From Candidatus Thorarchaeota archaeon (GTDB taxonomy: Archaea > Asgardarchaeota > Thorarchaeia > Thorarchaeales > Thorarchaeaceae), in assembly GCA_048884965.1 (NCBI GenBank), contig JBHLQH010000014.1:27375-91374 (forward strand): a DNA stretch of 64,000 nt, read 5' to 3'. Below, piece after piece: positions 18,571 through 28,355 of the stretch (positions within the stretch are counted from its first letter, which is position 1; each line of letters starts with the position of its first letter). The notes under the pieces were generated by a model. It saw nothing but the letters and a program-made list of their open reading frames with translations, ran no database searches and was not told the DNA's origin. The translations under genes and the position numbers were made by a program.

Positions 18571-20462
18571 ATCCCTCTGTTTGAATCATCACTAGCTAAT
18601 GTTCGTGCATACCATCTTCGAGAGTACGTCATGGAATTAGTCGATACCTGACATTGAATTCTCCTGTATTTGACGATAACCACAGTTGCAATGACAATTA
18701 TGGCAGGTAGGCCAAGAATCGTGATGAAGAATGGCAGTTGTGAATAATTGGGAATCAATCCTTCACTAAAAGAATAATCCAGAAGGACATTTGGAATCTC
18801 ATCCTCTGAGAAAACATCATAGTATTCCGTTGGTGTGTTAGGTGAGATCACACTGGTAATAATGTACACTTCCTCGATATTACTCCCTTCCACATATTCA
18901 GAGAATGAACCTGCTATTGAATAGTGGATTGACTGCTTGACTGTCCATCCTTCAACATCCCGAATAGCAATCACAATTCCCATGGCATTTGGCCAGGGAT
19001 TCTCGATCTCAAAGGTGAAATTGGATTCAGGTGAATAGATTTTCTTTACATGCATACCGTAGAGGTTATGTCTTACATCTTCTCTCTCGACTGGCCAGTC
19101 GCCAAAATATGTAGTATGCGTTTGGATGGTATAGTCTTGAGTTTCAAACCCATACCTACCATCCTCGATGTCAGGATTATCGAGCACACAAGCAGTGATC
19201 CAATCTAGGTACACATCATTGAATGATAATGATTGATTTGCATCAGCTAATGCTTTCTCTACTGCATAGGCTGCATCCTCTTCTAGTGCAACTAATCCCT
19301 TAACAAAATCGACGCCGAATCTTTCTGCAAGATAGGTGACAAAGAGATATGCCTGTCCATAGCTTGCATCCCAAAACCTACTGTAGAACCTATTGAAGTG
19401 GAGTAAGGACACCTGTGGGCGAAGTGTGTACGAAGTAGTTACAGCATCCGTAATGTAATACCAATATCCTGCATAATCAATTGCATAGTTCGCTAGTCCT
19501 TCCGTCAAGAAGTCAGCTTCATCGAACTCATTATTATCCCAAATCAGATGATTGAACTCATGGATAGTAAGGCAGATTGTTTCATTCATATCCTTCTCCG
19601 AATCCACATAGACCATCTCACGTTGATTTGAGCGGGAACCCGGAAGTTCATTTCTGATCTCATGAGTACCTAAGTATGCTTGCCCCATTGTTCGTACCAA
19701 CGGACATAGGTACACGGTCACTCTTGGATCACTGTCAATGTCACCTAAAGTGCCATCAGGATGCCCAGCTACTTCGACGCCTTTTGGATAGATGATTTCA
19801 TCAAATGCAATCTGCAACTCTTCGCATTTGGAGAATGCGTTTTCCTCCCCGAGTAACTCGATCGATGAATTAGCCATATACACGTAACATGTGCTTCCGA
19901 CCGCAAGTAGCGTGCCTAATGTCTGTATGGATCCCTCCAAGCTTGGTGTCCAGAAGACTACTTGGTTGCCAATACTCTCAGGTTCCTGAGCGATTTCATG
20001 TGAGATGTTCTTTGTCGTATCTACTACTAGTGACTCACTCTCTAGAGAGAACGGAACATACACGTGAACCACCTTCCTCTTCATATATCCATCTAAGAAG
20101 CGGAGAGTAAATTGATATCCCGTACCTGATTCGAAGTTTCCATGTATATCTAATAACATGTATCCGTTAAACCATTCTTCAAGTGCATTATTGCCTGTGA
20201 CATTACTTATCGCTTCTAAATTCTCGATTACTGGGTCACACTCAACCGCAACTAGTTTCAAATCATCTGAAAATGGGCTGAAGACCGCATCGATTTGAAT
20301 TAGACCGCTTACCATATAGGAACATCCGACTGATAGGCATTGGATTTCAGAATCGTTCTCAAACATCGGCATAAGCCATACTGCCGCAATAATGCTACTA
20401 CAAACCAATAGAACGCTGATTCCAGCAACGACTTTTCTTGATGCAGTGATCCTACTTGTCAA
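18564..20462 (-). CDS. Membrane-anchored zinc metallopeptidase (gluzincin, M30-like), paralog A
   Basis: HEFNH plus downstream EGLA; GDIDSDPRV; N-terminal signal anchor and C-terminal TM; likely TTG start at 20462 after a GGTGGTG SD (ORF track starts at 20489). Confidence 0.8.
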   Translation of the reverse strand: MTSRITASRKVVAGISVLLVCSSIIAAVWLMPMFENDSEIQCLSVGCSYMVSGLIQIDAVFSPFSDDLKLVAVECDPVIENLEAISNVTGNNALEEWFNGYMLLDIHGNFESGTGYQFTLRFLDGYMKRKVVHVYVPFSLESESLVVDTTKNISHEIAQEPESIGNQVVFWTPSLEGSIQTLGTLLAVGSTCYVYMANSSIELLGEENAFSKCEELQIAFDEIIYPKGVEVAGHPDGTLGDIDSDPRVTVYLCPLVRTMGQAYLGTHEIRNELPGSRSNQREMVYVDSEKDMNETICLTIHEFNHLIWDNNEFDEADFLTEGLANYAIDYAGYWYYITDAVTTSYTLRPQVSLLHFNRFYSRFWDASYGQAYLFVTYLAERFGVDFVKGLVALEEDAAYAVEKALADANQSLSFNDVYLDWITACVLDNPDIEDGRYGFETQDYTIQTHTTYFGDWPVEREDVRHNLYGMHVKKIYSPESNFTFEIENPWPNAMGIVIAIRDVEGWTVKQSIHYSIAGSFSEYVEGSNIEEVYIITSVISPNTPTEYYDVFSEDEIPNVLLDYSFSEGLIPNYSQLPFFITILGLPAIIVIATVVIVKYRRIQCQVSTNSMTYSRRWYARTLASDDSNRGMC

Positions 20463-20504
20463 AATGGTTACACCACCATTCCGATACACGATTGCAGAAT
20501 ATAA

Positions 20505-20531
20505 AAACGTTTGCTATAAGCGCAAACGTTT
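20505..20531. promoter_or_regulatory. Palindromic operator AAACGTTTGC-N7-GCAAACGTTT
   Basis: Perfect 10-bp inverted arms upstream of peptidase A; the same motif recurs at 22180. Confidence 0.75.
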
Positions 20532-20617
20532 GTGATGATTACGATAATTAATGATGTTCTAGGAATCTCTTGGCCTATAATGTCGCAATCAGATTTCTTC
20601 GGAATGATACTAAGGCT

Positions 20618-22141
20618 TCATCGTTGGGTACTCTTGCGTCTAAGGTGGATGGCTATTGCCAATACAGCTATTGCTGATACTCCCGAAATCGATAGAATAA
20701 AGATTGTCAGTCCTGAAGAATCGGATTGGATTCCCTCTAGTATACGATAATCCAAGTCCACAGATGGAATTTCATCAAGATCATAGACATCTCCATATTC
20801 TGTTGGTGTGCCATCTGACATAAGGGAGACTATGAAATAGACCTCTTGTACGTTGGTACCCTCAATGTATTCTGTTATCTCCATCGCAAATTCGGAATGA
20901 AGGGTTTGAGTAACGTGCCATCCTTCATCATCTAGAAAAGCTGTTGCGATTCCAAGTATCCTTGATGGAGTATTCTCAATCTTGAGTGTCATCTGGTCTA
21001 GAGGCGAGTATAGCTTTCTTGCGTGAATACCATAGTAATTGAATGTAATATCTGATTTTTCGATTGGGTAGACAGCGCCAATGGAATCTTGGTAATCAAT
21101 AGTATAATTCACGGATGTGAATCCGTAGATGCCTTCATAGATATCTGGATTATCTAATGTGATTGCAACAATCCAATCAAGATAGACATCGTTGAAAGTC
21201 AAGTCATATCCTCCATTAGATAGTGCTACATCGACTGCGATAGCTCCGTTCTCGGGAATAGACACGAGACTCTTGACAAAATCAAACCCAAATCGCTCAT
21301 ACAGATAGAGCATAAAGAGATATGATTGTCCATAACTCACATCCCAATAGAAATCACTTGAGATTCTGTTAAAGTATAACAGCGAAGACTGTGAATTCTC
21401 TGTGTATTTAATTACCTGCCTATCTACCATCGTGGACCAGTATCCAGCATATAGGACTGCCAGATTTGCGAGGCCCTCTACGAGAAAGTTTGCCTCATCC
21501 AACTCGTGGTTGAACCATATTAGATGATTGAATTCATGAAGGGCGAGGCATACCATTTCATCGATACTCCACATTGCATCAATCAGGAACATTTCCCTAT
21601 AGTTAGAGTATGGTCCTGGCAAGTCATTCCTGAAATCATAGTACCCGCCGATGAGATGCTCACGAAATGGTCCAAGAAGCATCGTGACTTTGGGATCTCC
21701 GTCAATGTCTCCGAGAGAGCCATCTGGATTGCCAGCAAGCTCAATGTCCTTTGGATAAATGATGGTATCAAATGCTTCTCTTAGTTCATCGCACCTTGAG
21801 ATCAAGTTTGATTCTCCTTGAGCCTCAATGCATGAGTTTTCCATGTATACATAACAATGAGTTCCAACAGATAGTAAAGTCGCGAGTATTTGTTCTTCTC
21901 CTTCGGGATACGGTACCCAGAAATATTGTTGGTTTCCAAATACTTCAGATGCCTTTGTAATATCCTCGATTGGAGCAGGAAGGGGTCCCACCTCAGGAAC
22001 CCCCATTTGAGCATGGCTAATTGTAAGCCAAGAATTGGAGTTAGAAGAAAGGTTAGAAGGAATATAACCCAGACCAATCAAGACTAGTACTACGACAGTC
22101 AGCACACCGTGCTTACTGATGCCGAATCCTATTCGATTCAT
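20618..22141 (-). CDS. Membrane-anchored zinc metallopeptidase (gluzincin, M30-like), paralog B
   Basis: HEFNH plus EGLA; GDIDGDPKV; FNDVYLDWI shared with paralog A; signal peptide, C-terminal TM and basic tail. Confidence 0.8.
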   Translation of the reverse strand: MNRIGFGISKHGVLTVVVLVLIGLGYIPSNLSSNSNSWLTISHAQMGVPEVGPLPAPIEDITKASEVFGNQQYFWVPYPEGEEQILATLLSVGTHCYVYMENSCIEAQGESNLISRCDELREAFDTIIYPKDIELAGNPDGSLGDIDGDPKVTMLLGPFREHLIGGYYDFRNDLPGPYSNYREMFLIDAMWSIDEMVCLALHEFNHLIWFNHELDEANFLVEGLANLAVLYAGYWSTMVDRQVIKYTENSQSSLLYFNRISSDFYWDVSYGQSYLFMLYLYERFGFDFVKSLVSIPENGAIAVDVALSNGGYDLTFNDVYLDWIVAITLDNPDIYEGIYGFTSVNYTIDYQDSIGAVYPIEKSDITFNYYGIHARKLYSPLDQMTLKIENTPSRILGIATAFLDDEGWHVTQTLHSEFAMEITEYIEGTNVQEVYFIVSLMSDGTPTEYGDVYDLDEIPSVDLDYRILEGIQSDSSGLTIFILSISGVSAIAVLAIAIHLRRKSTQR

Positions 22142-22179
22142 ATCCTTCCACCACCTCTTGGATACGAATGGTGAGTTTT

Positions 22180-22204
22180 AACGTTTGCTATTATAGCAAA
22201 CGTT
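22180..22204. promoter_or_regulatory. Palindromic operator AACGTTTGC-N7-GCAAACGTT
   Basis: AACGTTTGCTA-TTA-TAGCAAACGTT between divergent peptidase B and uvrC; extra partial repeat TTATAGCAAA at 22210. Confidence 0.75.
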
Positions 22205-22316
22205 TACACTTATAGCAAATGAACATCATCAATGAGAAATTCGCGGGTTTTCAGAGAGTGGGAGATATATACAGAAGGGCTGAAAAGGAGAGTAGATATC
22301 ATAGAGATGAACACCC

Positions 22317-24128
22317 ATGACTGACCTTGCGAAATTGGTGCAGGACCTCCCACTTCAGCCCGGAGTATATCTCTGGAAGGATGAGAAAGGAGAGATCCTC
22401 TACATTGGCAAGGCAAAGGAGCTCAGAAAACGAGTTAGCTCATACCTTCGGAATCACTCTGACCGTCGAACTTGGGAACTGATGCATAGAGCCAGAGACT
22501 TGGAAACCTTTGTAACGAATACCGAGCGAGAAGCGCTTATTCTCGAAGCCACCCTCATCAAGATGCATCAACCAAAGTACAACCGTGCACTTAAGGATGA
22601 CAGGAAACACGCCTGGATTAAGGTTGATGTGCAATCAGAGAAGCCAACATTCATTGTAACTAGGGACGTTGATAGGGATGGCTCAAGGTATTTCGGTCCA
22701 TATAGAAGTACAAAGAGATTGGAGAAATCGCTAGACACCATTCGAAAATTCATTCCCATCGCCATGTGTCCTGATCCAGTGAAGGTGAAGAGGGAATGCA
22801 TGGACTATCATCTTGACCGCTGTAGTGGAATCTGCAGAGACCATATCTCGAGCGATGAATATCAAGGCCTAGTTGAACAGATGTGCCTCTATCTTGAAGG
22901 ACGATCTGAGCAGCTAACAGAGATGATACAAAAGGAGATGAGAGAAGCATCCGGGAATCTTGAGTTCGAGAAGGCTGCAGAGCTCCGAGATCGCTTAGCA
23001 GATATCGAGCTTATTATGCGACGTCAAAAGGTTATCGATACAGATGGTGGAATATCACGAGATGTTCTTGGTGTTGCTAGAACTGAAGAGGCTGCACTAG
23101 TCGAGATGTTGCTGATTCGTGGTGGTCGTCTAATTGGTCAAGATCATTTCTATTTCGAGGAGAACATGGATTCAACCGATGCTGAAGTATTGACTAGTTT
23201 CATTGAGCAGTTCTATTTCATGTTGCCAAAAGTTCCAGAAGAGATTCTCCTCCCCACTTCGATTCCTGATATGGAACAACTCAGCCTGTGGCTTGAGGAA
23301 ACAGCATGCTCACCAGTCAAGATTATTGTGCCTGAAGCAGGCAAGAAACTTGAGCTTGTGGAGATGGCGAACAAGAATGCATATCGCCAGTTACGAAAGA
23401 TACTGATCCTAGGTGAGAGTGAGGAAGAGATCGTTGACGAAGGTGTGAAAGAACTGAAGATTGCTTTGGGACTATCACGCGCTCCATTGCATATAGAGGG
23501 ATTCGATATCTCCAATATTCAGGGAACTGACCCTACAGGCTCTTGCGTAGTGTTTCAAAACGGTGCGCCAAACAATAAGCGATATCGAATATTTAGGATT
23601 CGATCGAAGGAAACTCCTGATGACTATGGGATGATGAAGGAGGTCATCTATCGAAGATATCGAGGTAGGCTTGAGGAGGGCAAGGCTCTACCAGATTTGA
23701 TTCTTGTGGATGGTGGGAAGGGACAGCTGAATGTAGCTATCCAAGCATTGGAGTCTCTAGGACTCGATTATCTCCATGTAGTGGGGATTGCGAAGCAAGA
23801 GGAGATTTTGTATACGCGGAATCATCCAGAGGGAATTGGCTTAGATTTCGGTTCGGATGGATTGCGACTTGTACAACATGTTCGCGATGAGGCACATAGA
23901 TTCGCACAGAAGTACCATCACAAACTAAGAGAGAAACGATTCGGTGGGTCAATTCTTGAAGAAGCCCCCGGTATTGGTCCCAAACGGCGCCAAGCTTTGA
24001 TGCTGGCCTTTGGCAGTTATGATGGTGTACGGAAGGCTTCTGTTGAAGAGATTGCAGGTGTGGAAGGTATGAATATCTCAAGTGCCAAGGAGCTCAAGGC
24101 ATGGATTGAGCGAGAGGACCCCCTTTGA
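22317..24128 (+). CDS. uvrC: Excinuclease ABC subunit C
   Basis: GIY-YIG (PGVYLW..YIGKAK), Cys cluster, UVR domain, RNase H-like IEGFDISN/DGGKGQL/RDEAHRFA, C-terminal HhH (PGIGPKRR). Confidence 0.97.
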   Translation: MTDLAKLVQDLPLQPGVYLWKDEKGEILYIGKAKELRKRVSSYLRNHSDRRTWELMHRARDLETFVTNTEREALILEATLIKMHQPKYNRALKDDRKHAWIKVDVQSEKPTFIVTRDVDRDGSRYFGPYRSTKRLEKSLDTIRKFIPIAMCPDPVKVKRECMDYHLDRCSGICRDHISSDEYQGLVEQMCLYLEGRSEQLTEMIQKEMREASGNLEFEKAAELRDRLADIELIMRRQKVIDTDGGISRDVLGVARTEEAALVEMLLIRGGRLIGQDHFYFEENMDSTDAEVLTSFIEQFYFMLPKVPEEILLPTSIPDMEQLSLWLEETACSPVKIIVPEAGKKLELVEMANKNAYRQLRKILILGESEEEIVDEGVKELKIALGLSRAPLHIEGFDISNIQGTDPTGSCVVFQNGAPNNKRYRIFRIRSKETPDDYGMMKEVIYRRYRGRLEEGKALPDLILVDGGKGQLNVAIQALESLGLDYLHVVGIAKQEEILYTRNHPEGIGLDFGSDGLRLVQHVRDEAHRFAQKYHHKLREKRFGGSILEEAPGIGPKRRQALMLAFGSYDGVRKASVEEIAGVEGMNISSAKELKAWIEREDPL

Positions 24129-24187
24129 TTTCAAATTTTCGTAAAATAGAAGAAATCATATGGGTGTTTGTTACAGATAGAAACGCA

Positions 24188-24424
24188 ATGACAATAAGAG
24201 TGCTTTTTACCGTCATGTCAAAACCCGGCAAAGCAGATGTAATCTTGGGTAAATTACGGGCTCAAGAGGAAGTGATCGAGGCACATACCATCTCTGACGG
24301 GAAATTCGATGTTATTGCGTGGATTGGTGTACCGTCACTAGAGGCATATCGGATGTTCATCGAGAAAATGGCTGAGATAAAAGAAATCGATGATTTTGAG
24401 TCCTTCATCACTGTTGATGGATAA
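24188..24424 (+). CDS. Stand-alone Lrp/AsnC ligand-binding (RAM) domain protein
   Basis: PGKADV...EVIEAHTISDGKFDVIA matches the RAM pattern; no HTH. Confidence 0.7.
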   Translation: MTIRVLFTVMSKPGKADVILGKLRAQEEVIEAHTISDGKFDVIAWIGVPSLEAYRMFIEKMAEIKEIDDFESFITVDG

Positions 24425-25772
24425 GCTCCCCGTTAATTGCTTCCACATGTGTCCTATTCCTTCTCCCACCATATAACCCATAGACAATCAACCCGATGAG
24501 TGATAGCAAACCTCCCAGTAATATTGTATCGAAATGGAGACTTGGTACAAGCAGTAGGCATGTGATTACACCAAGGACCGGGATGAGTGGGAAGTAGGGT
24601 GCTTTGAATGTTCCAGGAACATTAAGGCCCTTATAATGCAACATAATGACTGATGCGTTGACAATTGAGAGCCCTATAAGATAACCAAAATCTGCGAGGG
24701 ACGCGACAAGAGAAACATCTCCTGGCAAAGCAAATACGCTGACAAGTATGAGTGATGCAACCAATGCTGGAATCGGGGTCTTGAGCTTTGGATTCACTCG
24801 ATCTAAGAACTCTGGGAAATATCTGTCCCTTCCCATCGAGTATGCAACTCTGGCCGTTGCAAGGAACGTTGCATTCAGAGCCGCATAATTCGAGGCTGCC
24901 ATTCCTGCCAATCCGATGTATCCTGCTGTTGGACCAAGCATAATCGCATAAACATCAGCAATTGGTGTATTGGAAGTTTCTATATTGGAGTAATGCGTGG
25001 CTCCAACAAGAACCAGAGCAGCTGCCATGTACACTATGGTCGCGATGCCCAATGTCAACATTATTGCTCGTGGAATATTCCTTGCTGGATCCTTGATCTC
25101 TTCCGAGGCTGTTGTGATTAATTCAAAACCAACAAAGCTGATGTAGATGAATGACACGGCAGTCATGAACTGGGGGATTCCAACGAATTCGGGGATGAAT
25201 GGGTCCAGATTCGCTGGTTGAATAAAGAATAGTCCAATTAGAACAAAACCGAATAATACGATGGCTTGGGCGATGTTCAATATGCCCAAAACTCCTGATA
25301 CTCCCTTTATGCTGATTAGATTGGTGACAAATGTGACCATGATAATAATGATCGCTATCAAACCCACTGTCGACTCTGTTGCAGCAGGAATGAAGAATGC
25401 AAAGGTGTGCGCAACTGCTAGGGCATATAATCCGCATGCGACGACATTACCAATGAAGAGGAACCATCCAGTGAAGAATCCCAACGGTCCTCCAAAGGTA
25501 TCTGCAGCAAATGTGTATCCTCCACCTTGTTTTGGTATTGAACAGGCAAGCTCCGCGTAATTGATGGCAGTAAAAACAGTTAGCAACCCTGTGGCAAGAT
25601 ATGCAATAACGAGTGCTGGTCCGACGATGCCAGCTGCAGTTCCTGAGATGACATAGATGCCACCTCCCAGCATTGCACCGAGTCCAATGTTTGTTGCGCC
25701 AATGAGACCTAGACGACGTGCGAATTTGCCGTCTGGACGCTCATCAACGAATGATTCACCCAATCGTAGCAC
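24408..25772 (-). CDS. APC-family amino acid permease
   Basis: GAMLGGGIY, YAELACSIPKQGGGY, FVGFE..EEIKDPARNIPRAI; about 12 TM. Confidence 0.93.
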   Translation of the reverse strand: MLRLGESFVDERPDGKFARRLGLIGATNIGLGAMLGGGIYVISGTAAGIVGPALVIAYLATGLLTVFTAINYAELACSIPKQGGGYTFAADTFGGPLGFFTGWFLFIGNVVACGLYALAVAHTFAFFIPAATESTVGLIAIIIIMVTFVTNLISIKGVSGVLGILNIAQAIVLFGFVLIGLFFIQPANLDPFIPEFVGIPQFMTAVSFIYISFVGFELITTASEEIKDPARNIPRAIMLTLGIATIVYMAAALVLVGATHYSNIETSNTPIADVYAIMLGPTAGYIGLAGMAASNYAALNATFLATARVAYSMGRDRYFPEFLDRVNPKLKTPIPALVASLILVSVFALPGDVSLVASLADFGYLIGLSIVNASVIMLHYKGLNVPGTFKAPYFPLIPVLGVITCLLLVPSLHFDTILLGGLLSLIGLIVYGLYGGRRNRTHVEAINGELIHQQ

Positions 25773-25954
25773 CAGCCTCAGGATTCAAGAAGTATGATTT
25801 CTAATTACTCCAGTCGCCGGTGTGCCCCTTTTGAAGATTCCTACTTGTTCAATCTGAAAATGCTGTTCGGCTCCCAACCCCGAAGTTTAAATGGGGAAAG
25901 GTTGCGCACTGCTGATGAAGGACTCATTAGAGTCTGAAAGAGAAGTGACCCAAA

Positions 25955-26137
25955 ATGATCTGGAAGGTAACTGACGCTTGTACAGCCTGCGGCACATGTG
26001 CGGATGTTTGCCCAGTCGATCCCACCCTCTATGAGGTTGGCGACAAAGCAGTCTACCAAGTTGCTCGCGCTGATGAGTGCACCGAATGCTATGCTTGTGT
26101 TGATTCTTGCCCCGAAGGCGCAATCGAAGAAGCATAA
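25955..26137 (+). CDS. 2[4Fe-4S] ferredoxin
   Basis: CTACGTCADVCP and CTECYACVDSCP. Confidence 0.93.
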   Translation: MIWKVTDACTACGTCADVCPVDPTLYEVGDKAVYQVARADECTECYACVDSCPEGAIEEA

Positions 26138-26187
26138 CTCAGAGAACATAGACTAGCTATCATCTCCTGATATTGGAGTGGTACACT

Positions 26188-26219
26188 GACATGGGGGTCC
26201 TTATAATGGACTCCCTGTC
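26188..26219. terminator. Stem-loop between convergent genes
   Basis: GACA-T-GGGGGTCC ... GGACTCCC-TGTC imperfect inverted repeat. Confidence 0.45.
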
Positions 26220-26231
26220 GTCGACTCTACT

Positions 26232-26504
26232 CTATCTAATTTTATATGGTTCTCCAAGAATAGAATCAAATTCAGATTTCAGAGATTCGTCCACCAGAAC
26301 AACCCGAATTGATGCGAGATCATCAGTCGATGGGTCGAACACCCCCGCGACCAATTCGATTTTGTCTTCAGTATTCAGCGTAAGTGTCGTCCTTGCTTCA
26401 TCCACATCTTCATTCATGTCAAATCTCTCCTTGATTATATCTAGGACTTCTCTGTACTTTTCCGGTGTGATTTTATAGAACAACTTCATTAACGAATCCT
26501 CCAA
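26232..26504 (-). CDS. Small hypothetical protein
   Basis: 90-aa protein-like ORF filling the gap between convergent/divergent neighbours. Confidence 0.7.
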   Translation of the reverse strand: MEDSLMKLFYKITPEKYREVLDIIKERFDMNEDVDEARTTLTLNTEDKIELVAGVFDPSTDDLASIRVVLVDESLKSEFDSILGEPYKIR

Positions 26505-26583
26505 GTTTTAATACCATTGAGTAAGGTATAAGTCTAACCAATTCGTCTGGACCATAGTTCGAATGTGGAAATGAGGAGATATT

Positions 26584-28305
26584 ATGCAAAAAAACCACCA
26601 CATGATTATTGGAATAACTCTAATACTTTTCATGATGATTTCTGTTGTTCCTTTGACTGTTCAACCAGTTTCAGTTCTGGTCGTCGAGGAAGTGTCTTTC
26701 ACTCCATCTGAAACATATGAGTGGACAGTTTTTGAAGAGAACATGAATGTCACAACCTTCGCTTCTCCCGATGGAAGCAAGGATGAGTTATGGCATTTTC
26801 TGAATTCAGCTGAAGAGAGCATCTATGTTGAAATCTTCGGAATAAATAGTCCATACATACTTGATCTCATCCATGAGCTACATGATACCAAGCCATCTCT
26901 AGAGATGAAGTTCCTAATAGGTGAAGGTAGTATTGGATATTATTCTCAGAATGATTACGTAGCAAACAATCTCACTGAGCTCGGATACGAAGTGAAATGG
27001 ACCAATGGAGATGATTTCACATATGCTCACCAAAAATTCGTGATAATAGACAATGAAACTACCCTTATACACTCAGGTAATTGGGCGAAAACCAGTTTTC
27101 CAGAAAGTAATGGAAAGGCAAATCGGGAGTGGAGTATCGCAATGACTAGCACAGCAGTTACTGAGTACTACAGGTCCGTCTTCGATGGGGACTGGATTAA
27201 TGGTACATATTACAATGCCATAACCGATGGAACTGGTGATCCTTTCACCTATACCTATTCAACTAGTACATATCCTCGTCCATTCGCAGAGGCGGGTAAA
27301 TTCAGTGGCAATATTAAAGTTATACCCATCTTCAGTCCTGACACAAGCCTAGATGGTATCCTATACTGCATTAACGTGGCTCAAGCAACTCTTGATATCC
27401 AGATCCCCTATTTCACGAATGTCGGTGATGCAGGTGCAGTAGATCAAGTCCTAAATGCAATTCTCGCGGCTAAGGAAAGAGGCGTGACTGTTCGTGTCAT
27501 CTCAGAGGAAGAATATGACTGGGATCTTGTGGAAGAGATGTTCCTTGAGCACGATATCCCAATTGTGTGGCAAGATACTCGATGGTTCACAGCTAACCAC
27601 AACAAAGGTATCATCGCTGACGGGCGCATTGTCCTTGTTAGCAGTATCAACTATAGCGATGGAAGTATTTCAGAGAATCGTGAGGCTGGTGTGATTATAG
27701 AGCATGAAGGTATTGCTCAATGGTATCAAGCAATATACGACTTTGATTGGGGGATCGCTGGTGGAGATTCCTTAGATGATGTAAACGTCTATTGGACTCC
27801 GAATATCCCTACTAGCACATCTGAAATTAACGTGACTGTATATGGTCATATGCTATTTGAAGATACTATTGCTGAAGTAGAACTTGATGTTAAGGTAAAT
27901 GATGGTGCATGGTCGAATAATACGATTACTGCGAATGTCTACGAGTCAGCTGAAGAAGACCCTGAGAATTATTTCTATGTTATTCCTGCACAAGCTGACG
28001 GAACGAATATCACAGTTGTTGGTAGAATACGTGTTGGTTCGACATGGCACACTGGAGTTCCTATGGTCATTCGAGTTAGAGATTCCATTGCTTCACCAAC
28101 CTCTACTGATACAACACCTACTACTCCAACAACCACGACTGATCCTCTTGCTGAATTCCTTGCTGAATTTGGTATATGGATTGCAGTTGCTGGAATAGGT
28201 GTGATATGTGGCGGAGGAAGTGCAGTCGCATACAAGAAGGGAAAGATACCTGGAGTCAGCTCAAAGAAAACTACTCGTCGAAGTAGTAAGAAGAAGAAGA
28301 AGTAA
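26584..28305 (+). CDS. Extracellular membrane-anchored phospholipase D-superfamily protein
   Basis: Two HKD motifs (HQKFVIID, HNKGIIAD); signal peptide; T/P linker; C-terminal TM and poly-K tail. Confidence 0.9.
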   Translation: MQKNHHMIIGITLILFMMISVVPLTVQPVSVLVVEEVSFTPSETYEWTVFEENMNVTTFASPDGSKDELWHFLNSAEESIYVEIFGINSPYILDLIHELHDTKPSLEMKFLIGEGSIGYYSQNDYVANNLTELGYEVKWTNGDDFTYAHQKFVIIDNETTLIHSGNWAKTSFPESNGKANREWSIAMTSTAVTEYYRSVFDGDWINGTYYNAITDGTGDPFTYTYSTSTYPRPFAEAGKFSGNIKVIPIFSPDTSLDGILYCINVAQATLDIQIPYFTNVGDAGAVDQVLNAILAAKERGVTVRVISEEEYDWDLVEEMFLEHDIPIVWQDTRWFTANHNKGIIADGRIVLVSSINYSDGSISENREAGVIIEHEGIAQWYQAIYDFDWGIAGGDSLDDVNVYWTPNIPTSTSEINVTVYGHMLFEDTIAEVELDVKVNDGAWSNNTITANVYESAEEDPENYFYVIPAQADGTNITVVGRIRVGSTWHTGVPMVIRVRDSIASPTSTDTTPTTPTTTTDPLAEFLAEFGIWIAVAGIGVICGGGSAVAYKKGKIPGVSSKKTTRRSSKKKKK

Positions 28306-28355
28306 TACATTGGTCGGTGGTCGGATCATAGTCTGACCACTTCCCTCCCTTTTTT

